Shown here piece by piece: positions 27,490-36,937 of a stretch of 64,000 nt of DNA. Made by a program: the position numbers and the translations under genes. How positions within the stretch are numbered: the first letter of the stretch is position 1; every line of letters starts with the position of its first letter. The stretch lies in the sequence record MZ475898.1. The stretch is one strand, 5' to 3'. A model generated the notes under the pieces. It was given only the letters and a program-made list of their open reading frames with translations, did no database searches and was not told where the DNA came from.

Positions 27490-27867
27490 ATGATCGTAGT
27501 ATGTAACTCTTCAAAGGAATTTTCTGTTGAACGTTTGAAACACGGGGACGCATTTGTATTCGGCAAGACGCGAATGCTTCTGCGAGCGGACTATCTGATA
27601 CTAACAGATAAGCACAATGCTTTTTACGTGGTTCGCAAATCTGATGTTGTTTGGGCTCCCGAATTAACTGGCGCTACGCACATGATTAAGATCAGGGCGT
27701 ATGCCCAGATTAAGCCGTTCGAACTCCATGCAGCATGTCCACAATTCAATGGTCGTGTTTACGGAACAATCGCTTTCCGTAACCCACACTTTGAACATAG
27801 AATGAATACACTTCGTTATAGTGAGACAATCTTTGGAGGTCAACATGGCACGGTATCATGTGTTTAG
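27490..27867 (+). CDS. hypothetical protein
   Basis: 125-aa ORF. Confidence 0.6.
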   Translation: MIVVCNSSKEFSVERLKHGDAFVFGKTRMLLRADYLILTDKHNAFYVVRKSDVVWAPELTGATHMIKIRAYAQIKPFELHAACPQFNGRVYGTIAFRNPHFEHRMNTLRYSETIFGGQHGTVSCV

Positions 27868-28093
27868 TGCAGAAAGCAAATACTACGGCGAAGCATATGA
27901 GGGAACGCACTTAAAAGCGATTGATCTCGGGTACCCAGTTACCCACGCCGAGTTTAAAAATTTCGAGAGTGCTAAGGAATGCGCAGATAAGTTACATGAG
28001 GTTTGCGATATGGGCTGGATTGTATACAACGCTTTTTCAGAAGTATCTGTATACGACAGCCGCACTATTGAAGGTGAGTCTGTAAATAACTAA
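27845..28093 (+). CDS. hypothetical protein
   Basis: ATG 27845 after GGAGG. Confidence 0.75.
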   Translation: MARYHVFSAESKYYGEAYEGTHLKAIDLGYPVTHAEFKNFESAKECADKLHEVCDMGWIVYNAFSEVSVYDSRTIEGESVNN

Positions 28094-28164
28094 CAGACGA
28101 CCTTGCATCTTCCGTGTGATGCTTACGGGCGTCACGCACATTCACTGTGATAATGAGGTTCAAA

Positions 28165-28680
28165 ATGAAATACGCTTCAATCGTTCTTGCTACTCTGCTT
28201 GCCACTTCTTTCGCTGCGTCTGCCGCCAACTACAAAGCACCAGCGCCTGTTAAGGGTATGCAGTCTAGCGGTATGCACATCGATGATCAACTGGACGATA
28301 GCTGCAAGGCCAAACTTGCTCAAGCCATCGACTTGCGCGACTCTGTTGTTGACTTCACTGTTAGTCGCAATCAGATTGATACTGTGGCCGCTTGGCCGCT
28401 TGTGTGTTCCCCAACAGTCGAAGCAAAGACTGTTAGTGTTGAGCGTATGGGTTCTGACCTGACGATCACTTACGTTAACAACGACGATACCCTGCACCCG
28501 CTGACTCTGACCTTGCAGCGTGTTGAATCTGAATCCGAAGAGGACGCACCCGCGTATCAGATAGTCCAAGTAGGCGACATGAGCGCCATGGGTTATCAAG
28601 AGCAGGCTGACGTTAAAGATTGGCTGCTTGATTGCTACGCTGCTACCTTGCAGACTGGCATTCCACTGAGCATGAACTAA
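28165..28680 (+). CDS. secreted/periplasmic protein with signal peptide
   Basis: MKYASIVLATLLATSFAASA fits a Sec signal (basic-hydrophobic-AxA); GAGG RBS. Confidence 0.75.
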   Translation: MKYASIVLATLLATSFAASAANYKAPAPVKGMQSSGMHIDDQLDDSCKAKLAQAIDLRDSVVDFTVSRNQIDTVAAWPLVCSPTVEAKTVSVERMGSDLTITYVNNDDTLHPLTLTLQRVESESEEDAPAYQIVQVGDMSAMGYQEQADVKDWLLDCYAATLQTGIPLSMN

Positions 28681-28958
28681 TGCAGCACCGTCGTAAAGTA
28701 AAGGCCGAGTCAAAGCAACGTTCAATACCCGAAGACTGGCCTGTATTCAAAGACATGTTGCTGACGTTGCGCATCGCTGTACTCACGGACGAGAAGCCTC
28801 ACGCTAAACTGCGTGCGCTTGCTCTCCAATGGTATACAGATGGGAAGTATCGTAACCCTGTCTGTGATTCTGTTCTGCTTAGGCTAACCGCTGAGAAACG
28901 CCCTAAGCAAACTCTTGATCAATTGATCACTCTCTATAACTTTCTTGAGGAAGAATAA
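28680..28958 (+). CDS. hypothetical protein
   Basis: TAATG overlap. Confidence 0.65.
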   Translation: MQHRRKVKAESKQRSIPEDWPVFKDMLLTLRIAVLTDEKPHAKLRALALQWYTDGKYRNPVCDSVLLRLTAEKRPKQTLDQLITLYNFLEEE

Positions 28959-28960
28959 AA

Positions 28961-30169
28961 ATGGCTATCATTTCCGCAGAAGAACAAGCGCGTCTGGATT
29001 CACTTGCTGCTATCGTAGCTAAGATGTGGGCACAAGGCGGCCCTGCTGTGCGTGATGCTCTGCGCTACGTTGCTAACCAAATGCTGAGCGACGAGCATTC
29101 ATTCCTGTACGAAGAAGTGCCTGGTGTAACGCCTGACATTGAATCTGTCTACCACCATCTGGGCGATTTGCCACTGACGGGTATGACCCGCATCGTGCGC
29201 AATCCTGACTTGATCAGCTCGCTTGAAGATCTGATGAACAAAAACGAGCGTGAGATCTTCGGCTCTGCTGTGCGTAACAGCGCGTACACTATGTTCAAAC
29301 TTTTACCGCAGAATGAAACCTCGGTGTTCTGTCATCCAGGTAAAGGTGCTACCTCTCGCACCCAGCCACGTCAGGTCGCTGAAAGACTACATCGTGGTTT
29401 AAGCTACATGTTGTCCGTGCACGGTCTGGACGCGTATATCAAAAAGGCTGACAATCAAATTCGCTCTTACGGGCATACTCGCCTAGCCTCTCTGGTAATC
29501 GCAGTCGCAGTCAAAGGCGAACGCAGTGTTGCTACTCGCATCGTACCTCTGTGGCGTATGGACGATCACACGGAAGAGGTAGGCACGATTGAACTTGATC
29601 AAGATATTCCGAACGATCAGCCTGCTTACTCAACTGCGGTAGAAACCGATAGTCAGGTTTGGCAGAAGTTCGATGCAGAACACCTTATCGCTATCCTGCT
29701 CAAGCATGAAAATCATAGCGCGTCTAAGTTACGTGGCATGGACCGCGAAGAATTAGACGATACCTATGAAGCCTTCGTTGATGACTATCTTGACGACAAC
29801 CAAGATGAGGAAGAAGACGATGAGTGGGACGAAGAAGATGAAGACGAAGAAGATGCCTTCTGTCCTGAAATCCCTTCGCGTCTAGCTCTCCCTATCGAAC
29901 TGCCTATTGTTAATCTCGAACGTCAGAAGTTAGACATTCGTCCAGGCGTGCGTTTGAAGACCAAAAAGCCTAAACAGTCTCATATTCAGAATATTCTGAT
30001 TGATCCAGTTTGGCACGCAGTTGACCTACAAGACGAGAACAATATTCATTATTTCAGTGTGTCTATTGTTGCCCGTGATACTGTCGGTCATAAGGCTATT
30101 TCAGCTTCGCCGCTTGAAGCACTGACTATCTCCAACGTGCTGATGCAGATCGCTGAAACTAACACTTAA
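28961..30169 (+). CDS. hypothetical protein with acidic linker
   Basis: 402-aa ORF, GAGGA RBS. Confidence 0.85.
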   Translation: MAIISAEEQARLDSLAAIVAKMWAQGGPAVRDALRYVANQMLSDEHSFLYEEVPGVTPDIESVYHHLGDLPLTGMTRIVRNPDLISSLEDLMNKNEREIFGSAVRNSAYTMFKLLPQNETSVFCHPGKGATSRTQPRQVAERLHRGLSYMLSVHGLDAYIKKADNQIRSYGHTRLASLVIAVAVKGERSVATRIVPLWRMDDHTEEVGTIELDQDIPNDQPAYSTAVETDSQVWQKFDAEHLIAILLKHENHSASKLRGMDREELDDTYEAFVDDYLDDNQDEEEDDEWDEEDEDEEDAFCPEIPSRLALPIELPIVNLERQKLDIRPGVRLKTKKPKQSHIQNILIDPVWHAVDLQDENNIHYFSVSIVARDTVGHKAISASPLEALTISNVLMQIAETNT

Positions 30170-30214
30170 CTGGACAAAACAGCGCTTCTTAACGAGGCGC
30201 TTTTCTGCTATAAT
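30162..30214 (+). promoter_or_regulatory. Box promoter P6
   Basis: ACACTTAACTGGACAAAAC, 28 nt, then TATAAT (30209) preceded by TGC. Confidence 0.75.
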
Positions 30215-30280
30215 AGCAGCTAGAGCACAAGCTCTCACGTTTGCATTTACTATACGTTAAATACGGGAACCTCACATATT

Positions 30281-30583
30281 ATGGCACGTAACATTTCACG
30301 CAAGAAAGCGCTCGACCTGATGGCAAAAACTTACAACGAAAAACATCCAGAGTATTTGCCGCGCCTCATGAAAGAGGACATGAATGCGAAAGACCTGTTC
30401 GAATTCCGTGAAGATGTTGTAGCTCAAATTCAGGCAGGTTTGAATCCTGCGAAAGTTGTTGATGATATGATCGACAACGCAATACGCGTCACCACGATGC
30501 GCCGCCGTATGAGCAATGATTATAATCCGAAAATCTCCGACGTCCTTACCGATGAACTGCGTGAGGAACTTCGTAAACTCTAA
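30281..30583 (+). CDS. hypothetical protein
   Basis: 100-aa ORF after P6. Confidence 0.8.
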   Translation: MARNISRKKALDLMAKTYNEKHPEYLPRLMKEDMNAKDLFEFREDVVAQIQAGLNPAKVVDDMIDNAIRVTTMRRRMSNDYNPKISDVLTDELREELRKL

Positions 30584-30592
30584 GGAATAAAA

Positions 30593-31153
30593 ATGAAAAA
30601 CTACGGTTACTTCTTTATCCTGAATCACATCGCACTCGCCGTAGATAGCGCCAGCAAGGAAGCTGGCTTTAAAGATTTGGTTGAGCTGGACATGTTCAAC
30701 CGCGCTTCTGTTTTAGTTGTAGCTGACGCCGAGCCAAGGGGACGTCAGATTGCAAACGATTTGACCGCCGCACTTTATCCACGAGCGGCTGATTGTGTGC
30801 CAACAGTTGAGCAACGCATGATGTTAGTGCAAGCTCTGCATGATGCCGAAATCGAAAAGATTCTTGGCAACATCCGCTTCTTCGTACCGCACGCTCACAC
30901 GCGAGAAGATCTGATTTCGCGTTTCGGCTTTTACGTGGAGAACGATCAGCCTGCGCTGTTTATGCCGTACTACATGCGAAAGCATATTCTCAGTGACACC
31001 GCTGTGTTCTGCGAGGGGCGTCTGACTTCATTCAGAGACGCCTGCTCTAACGGAACTGTTACTGAGAACATCCGCGACTACGGCCTATTGACTGCGCAAG
31101 CGTACGGAAAAGACAACGTGCCTGAAATGTATCAGGACCTGCCTTTGTTTTAA
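30593..31153 (+). CDS. hypothetical protein
   Basis: 186-aa ORF, AAGGA RBS. Confidence 0.8.
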   Translation: MKNYGYFFILNHIALAVDSASKEAGFKDLVELDMFNRASVLVVADAEPRGRQIANDLTAALYPRAADCVPTVEQRMMLVQALHDAEIEKILGNIRFFVPHAHTREDLISRFGFYVENDQPALFMPYYMRKHILSDTAVFCEGRLTSFRDACSNGTVTENIRDYGLLTAQAYGKDNVPEMYQDLPLF

Positions 31154-31164
31154 GGAGACACCTC

Positions 31165-31632
31165 ATGGGTGTAGTTAACGGTATCAGTTCAACTAAGTTC
31201 CCGCGTCGAGGGCGGGACGAAGGTCTGACAGTCATTCTTCGTCGTCGCTGGGGATTGTTCCCAGCTACTATCATTCGCCAAGATCACGGCGAACCCAATA
31301 ACACGATCTACCGCATTGAAGCTAAGGCCTTGCCTAAACGTTTCTTCGACGGTAGTCATGAACTCTATGTTGCTGAGTATTATCAAACGAACTTTCCTAA
31401 AGACACTCCTATGTGTGCTGCTGGTGCAGTTGAAGGTCTGTTCGTTGAGATTGTATTCGACCATGACGTTCACAACAAATGCGAAGGCATCTGTGTGACT
31501 GATCGCGGTATGCAGAAAATCTTTTTGATCACGACAGGTCAACATGAAGGTCGTTACGTCACTGAGGCCGAGTGTGATTACAAAGTCAAACCTAAACTTG
31601 TAAAGGATAATAGAGATGACAGTAACATCTGA
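31165..31632 (+). CDS. hypothetical protein
   Basis: 155-aa ORF, AAGGAG RBS. Confidence 0.8.
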   Translation: MGVVNGISSTKFPRRGRDEGLTVILRRRWGLFPATIIRQDHGEPNNTIYRIEAKALPKRFFDGSHELYVAEYYQTNFPKDTPMCAAGAVEGLFVEIVFDHDVHNKCEGICVTDRGMQKIFLITTGQHEGRYVTEAECDYKVKPKLVKDNRDDSNI

Positions 31633-31921
31633 ACACTCAACAACATCTAGCTGCAAGCGTGCGACTACAGGCCTGGGTCGTTTGACTAGCGGTGATCAGT
31701 TCTTCCTGTCGCTGGCCGTCACTGGTTCTAAGACAGGTGAAGATGCGGGCTTCATTGATTCCGTTCGTGATCTGCACAAGCACATCGCTGCGTTTGCAGC
31801 AAAGCATGAGGTTACGCAAGTGACCGCGTTTCTTGGACATAACGTTATGTCCGACGCTGAGTACACGTTAGAGTTCAACGTGTCTCAAGTATTCACACTC
31901 AAAAAAGAAAGGACGTATTAA
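31616..31921 (+). CDS. hypothetical protein
   Basis: 101-aa ORF. Confidence 0.65.
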   Translation: MTVTSEHSTTSSCKRATTGLGRLTSGDQFFLSLAVTGSKTGEDAGFIDSVRDLHKHIAAFAAKHEVTQVTAFLGHNVMSDAEYTLEFNVSQVFTLKKERTY

Positions 31922-32466
31922 TGGAATTTCAAATTAAGCCAGACTTGCAGACCTACCCAAATTTCATTCTGCCTAAGCGCGGCTCTGCTCAGGCGGCGGG
32001 CCTCGATCTGTTCGCGCAGGAAGATATGATCTTCACTGAAACTACTGAGCTGTTTAATCTTGGCTTCCGCGCCGCTGTGCCTGAAGGCTACGTTGCCTTA
32101 ATCGTACCGCGCTCTGGCTTGGGTGCTAAGTTCAACATGCAACTGTCAAACACGATGGGCGTTATTGATAGTGACTATCGTGGTGATTGGATGGCAGCAT
32201 TCCATCTGGGCGGTAAAGGCACGCAAGCTGATACACTGCCACCATATGGTCAGTATCAGAAAGAGTTCTATCATCACGGCAGTGAGCTGTGGGAAAAAGC
32301 GAATCAAAACGAAGCGCCTATGCTCCTCGTTCCTAAAGGTGATGCATTTGCGCAGGTGCTGTTCTTTGAAGTACCGTTAATGCAAGTGACTCTGGTCGAC
32401 GAGCTGCCTGAAACAGAGCGTGGTGAAGGTGGCTTCGGTTCTACCACGAAGTCGCAAAGTGCCTGA
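31921..32466 (+). CDS. dut: trimeric dUTPase with an insertion between motifs III and IV
   Basis: AAGLDL (I), PRSGLG (II), GVIDSDYRG (III), GDAFAQ (IV), RGEGGFGST (V). Confidence 0.95.
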   Translation: MEFQIKPDLQTYPNFILPKRGSAQAAGLDLFAQEDMIFTETTELFNLGFRAAVPEGYVALIVPRSGLGAKFNMQLSNTMGVIDSDYRGDWMAAFHLGGKGTQADTLPPYGQYQKEFYHHGSELWEKANQNEAPMLLVPKGDAFAQVLFFEVPLMQVTLVDELPETERGEGGFGSTTKSQSA

Positions 32467-32674
32467 TTACCTTATCTTCATCTTGATCGCCTACTACATT
32501 GTAGGCTTCATGCAGTTTATGCGTGAAGTGTTCAGTTCTAAACTGAGTGAGAGCGAACGCTTGGCTGTCATTAAAGAAGATGAGGACACTCCAACGTCCG
32601 TAGTTTGGGCGCAGGCATTTAAGCTGATGTTATACGTTCTGTTCATTCACATACCGATGTGGATATTCAGATAA
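32420..32674 (+). CDS. small membrane protein (start uncertain)
   Basis: Hydrophobic ends; track ORF overlaps dut. Confidence 0.5.
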   Translation: MVKVASVLPRSRKVPDYLIFILIAYYIVGFMQFMREVFSSKLSESERLAVIKEDEDTPTSVVWAQAFKLMLYVLFIHIPMWIFR

Positions 32675-32684
32675 CGTCAATCGT

Positions 32685-32708
32685 TAGGTCCTTGCGGGGA
32701 CCTATTTT
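32685..32708 (+). terminator. Rho-independent terminator
   Basis: TAGGTCC-loop-GGGACCTA followed by TTTT. Confidence 0.65.
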
Positions 32709-32725
32709 ATCGTAATATAAACACT

Positions 32726-33046
32726 ATGAGCAAAAAGAAACCGCAGTACATTCTGCCTCGTGAGCGTCCTACGCGCTTGCCAAATCTGCGTGCTTATCTG
32801 ATGCATCTGGCACGCAACCCAAACAAACATCGTGCCGTCCTTGAGATGCATTGCAATGCAGCGCTGGCCCAGCTGCGTAAAGATCGTTTATTTCTTGGCA
32901 GACTGTTTGCTCATAAGGTGTATACGAAGTCGAACAAGGTCGCATACACAATAGTATGGATTGACCCGTACAACTACGATTGCCTTGTTCTAAATCATAT
33001 AAAAAGGAGAGTAGAGTTTAAAAACCTTTACGGCCTGATTCTTTGA
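32726..33046 (+). CDS. hypothetical basic protein
   Basis: 106-aa ORF. Confidence 0.65.
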   Translation: MSKKKPQYILPRERPTRLPNLRAYLMHLARNPNKHRAVLEMHCNAALAQLRKDRLFLGRLFAHKVYTKSNKVAYTIVWIDPYNYDCLVLNHIKRRVEFKNLYGLIL

Positions 33047-33079
33047 TTAGGTCCTAGCGCCTTCACACTAGGAGACAGA

Positions 33080-33760
33080 ATGACTATTCTTATTTCTAAC
33101 CGCACCGACGAGGTGATTCGCCAACTCAACGTAGCTATCTGGTCAAGCGTTCTATTCGGACTCATTGTACTCGCATCAATTCTGGTGCAGCCGAATGCAA
33201 CAGCCAGCGTCTCTACGGGCCCTGATAACGTTATCGATATGTCTTCAACAACTTCACTCGATCCCTCCAATCGTGTGGCAAGAGAATACAAGGAGATTGC
33301 AAAGACGCTAGTTGTGCAAGACGAGCGAAGGCCCTCGCGTTCTGTTACGAGAGAGCGCCTCCGACAATTGTACTCGCATCTACCGCACCCCAATGATTTA
33401 GGCAGGCAGATTGATTTGGCCGCTGCAAAGTATGCAGTGGACGCAAAGCTGATTCTTTCCATTTGCGTCTCCGAGTCGCATCTTCGTGCTAAAGTCAGAA
33501 ACAAGTCTGGTGCAACAGGCATCTGCCAAGTAATGGCCAAGATGCATGGGCATTCAGCAAAAGACCTCCTCGATTATCGTATCAACATTGATGCGGCAAC
33601 GAAGATAATTGCAGATCTTAATAAACAGTGTCGTGGTCGTACTGCTTGTGTTATTCAAGCGTACAACACAGGCTGGGGAGCATATTCGAAGGGTGCCCGT
33701 GCACCGCAATACTTGGCTAAAGTTAGATCAGAGATGCGCAAGCACCCATCATCATCCTAA
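33080..33760 (+). CDS. lytic transglycosylase (SLT domain) with N-terminal membrane anchor
   Basis: AAAKYAVD..LI.SI..SES (catalytic Glu), GATGICQVM, NIDAA, AYNTG; hydrophobic VAIWSSVLFGLIVLASILV. Confidence 0.85.
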   Translation: MTILISNRTDEVIRQLNVAIWSSVLFGLIVLASILVQPNATASVSTGPDNVIDMSSTTSLDPSNRVAREYKEIAKTLVVQDERRPSRSVTRERLRQLYSHLPHPNDLGRQIDLAAAKYAVDAKLILSICVSESHLRAKVRNKSGATGICQVMAKMHGHSAKDLLDYRINIDAATKIIADLNKQCRGRTACVIQAYNTGWGAYSKGARAPQYLAKVRSEMRKHPSSS

Positions 33761-33773
33761 AGAGGACATAATA

Positions 33774-34427
33774 ATGAGCACCGCCAACATCGCAGACTTG
33801 TACAAAATGCAGTTCCAGATTCTCAAACCACTTTCGCCTCGCCAAGAGTACGCACTGATTGTGCTACATGCTTCCGCGACCGAAGATGACGTTCGTGGTC
33901 TGGCCGAAGTTGTTGTTCGTGATTACCCGCACGTTGCGCGTCTGTATGATGCGTTTGCTGCTGCGACTGAGTACGGTGATAACTCTGTACCGTTCATCAT
34001 TCCAGTATCAAACAGTGAGCACGTCACCGAAGAGATTTACGCTATCGTTGACCACTCACTCGTCGTTGCGCCAAGTCTGCGCCAACTTTTGGAGCAAGCC
34101 CTTGAGCGTGTTCAATACATGCCAGAGACTGCTGACGAAAGACGTTTCGTAATTGAACGCGAACCCCTGACTATGGGCTGGTTCATTGATTGTGTCCTTG
34201 ACGCGTACAACTGTGGTCAACTGCCTATGGCTGTTCGTCCATCGAAAGCGCAACAGGAAATGCGTAACGAAAACCTGCTGTCGTTCAATCAGCTCCGTGA
34301 TGCTGATATGTTCAGCGGCGAGATCGACTACACGCAAGCCTTACAGCCAAGTATGCAAGCGCGTCACATTGCAGCTAAGCTGATCGCACGTCTGCAAAAC
34401 AGCAAGCGTGCCGTAACTGTTAACTAA
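33774..34427 (+). CDS. hypothetical protein
   Basis: ATG 33774 after GAGGA. Confidence 0.8.
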   Translation: MSTANIADLYKMQFQILKPLSPRQEYALIVLHASATEDDVRGLAEVVVRDYPHVARLYDAFAAATEYGDNSVPFIIPVSNSEHVTEEIYAIVDHSLVVAPSLRQLLEQALERVQYMPETADERRFVIEREPLTMGWFIDCVLDAYNCGQLPMAVRPSKAQQEMRNENLLSFNQLRDADMFSGEIDYTQALQPSMQARHIAAKLIARLQNSKRAVTVN

Positions 34428-34432
34428 CAACT

Positions 34433-34460
34433 CGGGAGACCTTAACTGGTTTCCCGTTTT
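34433..34460 (+). terminator. Rho-independent terminator
   Basis: CGGGAGACC-TTAACT-GGTTTCCCG followed by TTTT. Confidence 0.7.
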
Positions 34461-34491
34461 ACTTTCTCGCTGAATTTTTAAGGAAATTCCA

Positions 34492-35637
34492 ATGACTAAT
34501 TCATCTCTGCCTTTCGTTTCTTGGTTCGAACGTGACAACTACTTCGATGACATGATTGAGCGTCTCGACCTCAAACGTCTCTGGGGATATGTTGAAAAGA
34601 ACAACGTGGTCAACAAGACTAAATACAATCTGCCTAACCTCACTGCCTACCACACTACCGAGCACATGAAAGAAGTTGCGTGCATCGCGTCCTCCCTACT
34701 GCACCGCGAGTCGAACCACGACTGGCAGATTCGTCTGATGGAATATCCGTTAGTCGTCGCGTGCCTCTTCCACGATATGAATCACAGTTTGGGTAAATAC
34801 ACGGATGACGTGAACATCAACCATGCGCTCGTTGCGTTTAATGATTATCTCAATAGCAAAGATGAGAATCAGGGCAACGACAAGCTGCTGTTTGAATATC
34901 ACGATCAGATCTGTGCGTTGATTCGTTGCACTCAATTCCCGTTCCATGAATCACGTAACCCAACTAACCTGATGGAACGCTGCATTCGTGATGCGGACAT
35001 TTTATACGGCCTGCAGGATGACGCAATGCCTGCTGTTGTGATTGGTCTACTGGATGAAGTGAACGTTCGTTTGGCTCCAGAAAGCAAATACTCCACAGCT
35101 CAGTGGGTAGCTGGTCGTATTGAGTTCCTGTTGTCGTGTGAGATGTTCACCGAAACTGCTAACAAAATCTTCTGCGATGCTCTTAGCACCAACAGCCCGA
35201 ACTATCACGGTAATGTGCTGCAATCTTTCCTTGAGATGAAAGTGCGGCTGATCGATGTTCGTGCAGGTAAGCTACGTGGTGGTGATGTTATCTGGACAGA
35301 CACAGAGAACGACTCAACCTATCGTCCACGCCAAATCAGAAACATCGGCAACGAAGCGCTGCCAGACGTTAACGTGTATTTCACTGACGGTCAGGCTTGC
35401 GGCTATCGTAGCGGGGAGACCGTTCAGTTGCTGCCTAACACTGAGATGGTGAAGCTCGAAGACATTGTAGTTGGCGACATTATTCTTGAGCCTGCACAGG
35501 GTGAAGTGAAGCGCGATCTGCATCGCATCGTAAACATCGCTAACGGTGGCCTGCATGAAAGCGTGCTCTATCTCGAAAATGGCGGTGTGTTTACGTCAGC
35601 GCCCAAAGGCCGTGTCTGTCGTGTAGTCAGCAAATAA
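34492..35637 (+). CDS. HD-domain phosphohydrolase with two C-terminal SH3-like repeats
   Basis: YHTTEH, CLFHDMNH, RDADIL; repeats VRAGKLRGGDVIW.. and VKLEDIVVGDIIL.. Confidence 0.8.
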   Translation: MTNSSLPFVSWFERDNYFDDMIERLDLKRLWGYVEKNNVVNKTKYNLPNLTAYHTTEHMKEVACIASSLLHRESNHDWQIRLMEYPLVVACLFHDMNHSLGKYTDDVNINHALVAFNDYLNSKDENQGNDKLLFEYHDQICALIRCTQFPFHESRNPTNLMERCIRDADILYGLQDDAMPAVVIGLLDEVNVRLAPESKYSTAQWVAGRIEFLLSCEMFTETANKIFCDALSTNSPNYHGNVLQSFLEMKVRLIDVRAGKLRGGDVIWTDTENDSTYRPRQIRNIGNEALPDVNVYFTDGQACGYRSGETVQLLPNTEMVKLEDIVVGDIILEPAQGEVKRDLHRIVNIANGGLHESVLYLENGGVFTSAPKGRVCRVVSK

Positions 35638-35682
35638 CTGGACGAAATAAGGCTACTCTGCTTAGGCTGCTTATGCTATAAT
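35630..35682 (+). promoter_or_regulatory. Box promoter P7
   Basis: GCAAATAACTGGACGAAAT, 28 nt, then TATAAT (35677) preceded by TGC. Confidence 0.75.
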
Positions 35683-35724
35683 ATGCGTGAGCAGTCATTT
35701 ATCATATTCTCAAGGGAGAAACGT

Positions 35725-36399
35725 ATGTACAGATCATTCAATCCAGATATGACAGGCAAGTTTTTCGTAATCGAACACAGCTTTAAAATTCAAAACATCT
35801 TTTGGATGGGCTTCAAAACGATTGATGGCAGAGAAATCATTTTGCCTATTCCTGCACGTGACGCACAGAGTGGTTATCGTGTTGGCCGAGAAGCGGCCTT
35901 CCCTGTAATTCGCTCCAACATTAATACGAACGCTGACCCAGATTCAGACGTCTTGTTCGAACATACGGTAGGCATCTTGCATATGCGAGCACGCCGTTTC
36001 GAAACTCAGATCATGACGCGCACTGCCGTCTCTTATACTGGCTTGCTGCCTGACGTCCGTATGGCAAAAGAGGGCGAGCGCTATGTTACGCCTCTTAATT
36101 CGTTTGAAGGTCCTCTTATTCCTGCACTGAGTCGTCGTCTTACTCATTTCTGCGAAGAAACGCCGATGCTGCACAGTTCTTTCCTTGAGACGTTCTCTGA
36201 CGAAGAGTGGTCGAAACTGAAAGCCGCACCTGTATCAATCAATGATTGGCATAGTGTTTCTAACTCTATTCGTGAGGGTAAGCTAAAGCCTACAGTTAAT
36301 ATCCCAGACTTCTATCTGTCTACCCGTAAAGAAGATACGACAATACCGTCAGACGTTATCGAATATTACGCCGAAGCTAACGCACGAGGTGACATATAG
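35725..36399 (+). CDS. hypothetical protein
   Basis: ATG 35725 after GGGAG; the track ATG at 35683 is upstream of the predicted P7 start site. Confidence 0.75.
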   Translation: MYRSFNPDMTGKFFVIEHSFKIQNIFWMGFKTIDGREIILPIPARDAQSGYRVGREAAFPVIRSNINTNADPDSDVLFEHTVGILHMRARRFETQIMTRTAVSYTGLLPDVRMAKEGERYVTPLNSFEGPLIPALSRRLTHFCEETPMLHSSFLETFSDEEWSKLKAAPVSINDWHSVSNSIREGKLKPTVNIPDFYLSTRKEDTTIPSDVIEYYAEANARGDI

Positions 36400-36632
36400 T
36401 GAGCAACGTCATTCATCAAACGTCCGAGACTGTCTTCTACGTTCTCGGTGCTGTAACCCTTTTGGCTCACCTTGTGGGCTTCGTTAAGAACTGGCTAAAG
36501 ATTCATGAGATGCGCCAGAAGCGCCGCGACAAACTCGCAAAAGCTAAAACTCCGCACGAAAAGATGCAACGCCGTCTGGGCAAAGCTCGGCGCGATGCTC
36601 TGCTTTATAAACCTCGCAAAGTAAGGAATTGA
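36399..36632 (+). CDS. small protein with one TM helix and a basic tail
   Basis: GAGG RBS, GTG start. Confidence 0.65.
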   Translation: MSNVIHQTSETVFYVLGAVTLLAHLVGFVKNWLKIHEMRQKRRDKLAKAKTPHEKMQRRLGKARRDALLYKPRKVRN

Positions 36633-36634
36633 TT

Positions 36635-36937
36635 ATGTCTTCTGATTTACGCCGCAAGCTCATGGCTGTGCTTGACAAGATGTTTGAGCACAAGTCTGAA
36701 AACAATCTCGCAGACGACACGGCCTACTCCGTACCTCGTTCTGAGTTCTCTATGATTGCACCTGAGAGTGCTGCTGAGAAATGCGCGGTCATTACCGAGA
36801 TGCTGCGTGATGGCCACATCATCAATCTGTACGGCCCGTATGCTGTTACTGTCAGTCGTGACAGTGAAGGCCAACAGGTGTTTGTGTTCGTCCGCGTTCC
36901 AGACTATCAAGACATTGTTGCTGTGGAGAAACTGTGA
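36635..36937 (+). CDS. hypothetical protein
   Basis: AAGGA RBS. Confidence 0.75.
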   Translation: MSSDLRRKLMAVLDKMFEHKSENNLADDTAYSVPRSEFSMIAPESAAEKCAVITEMLRDGHIINLYGPYAVTVSRDSEGQQVFVFVRVPDYQDIVAVEKL

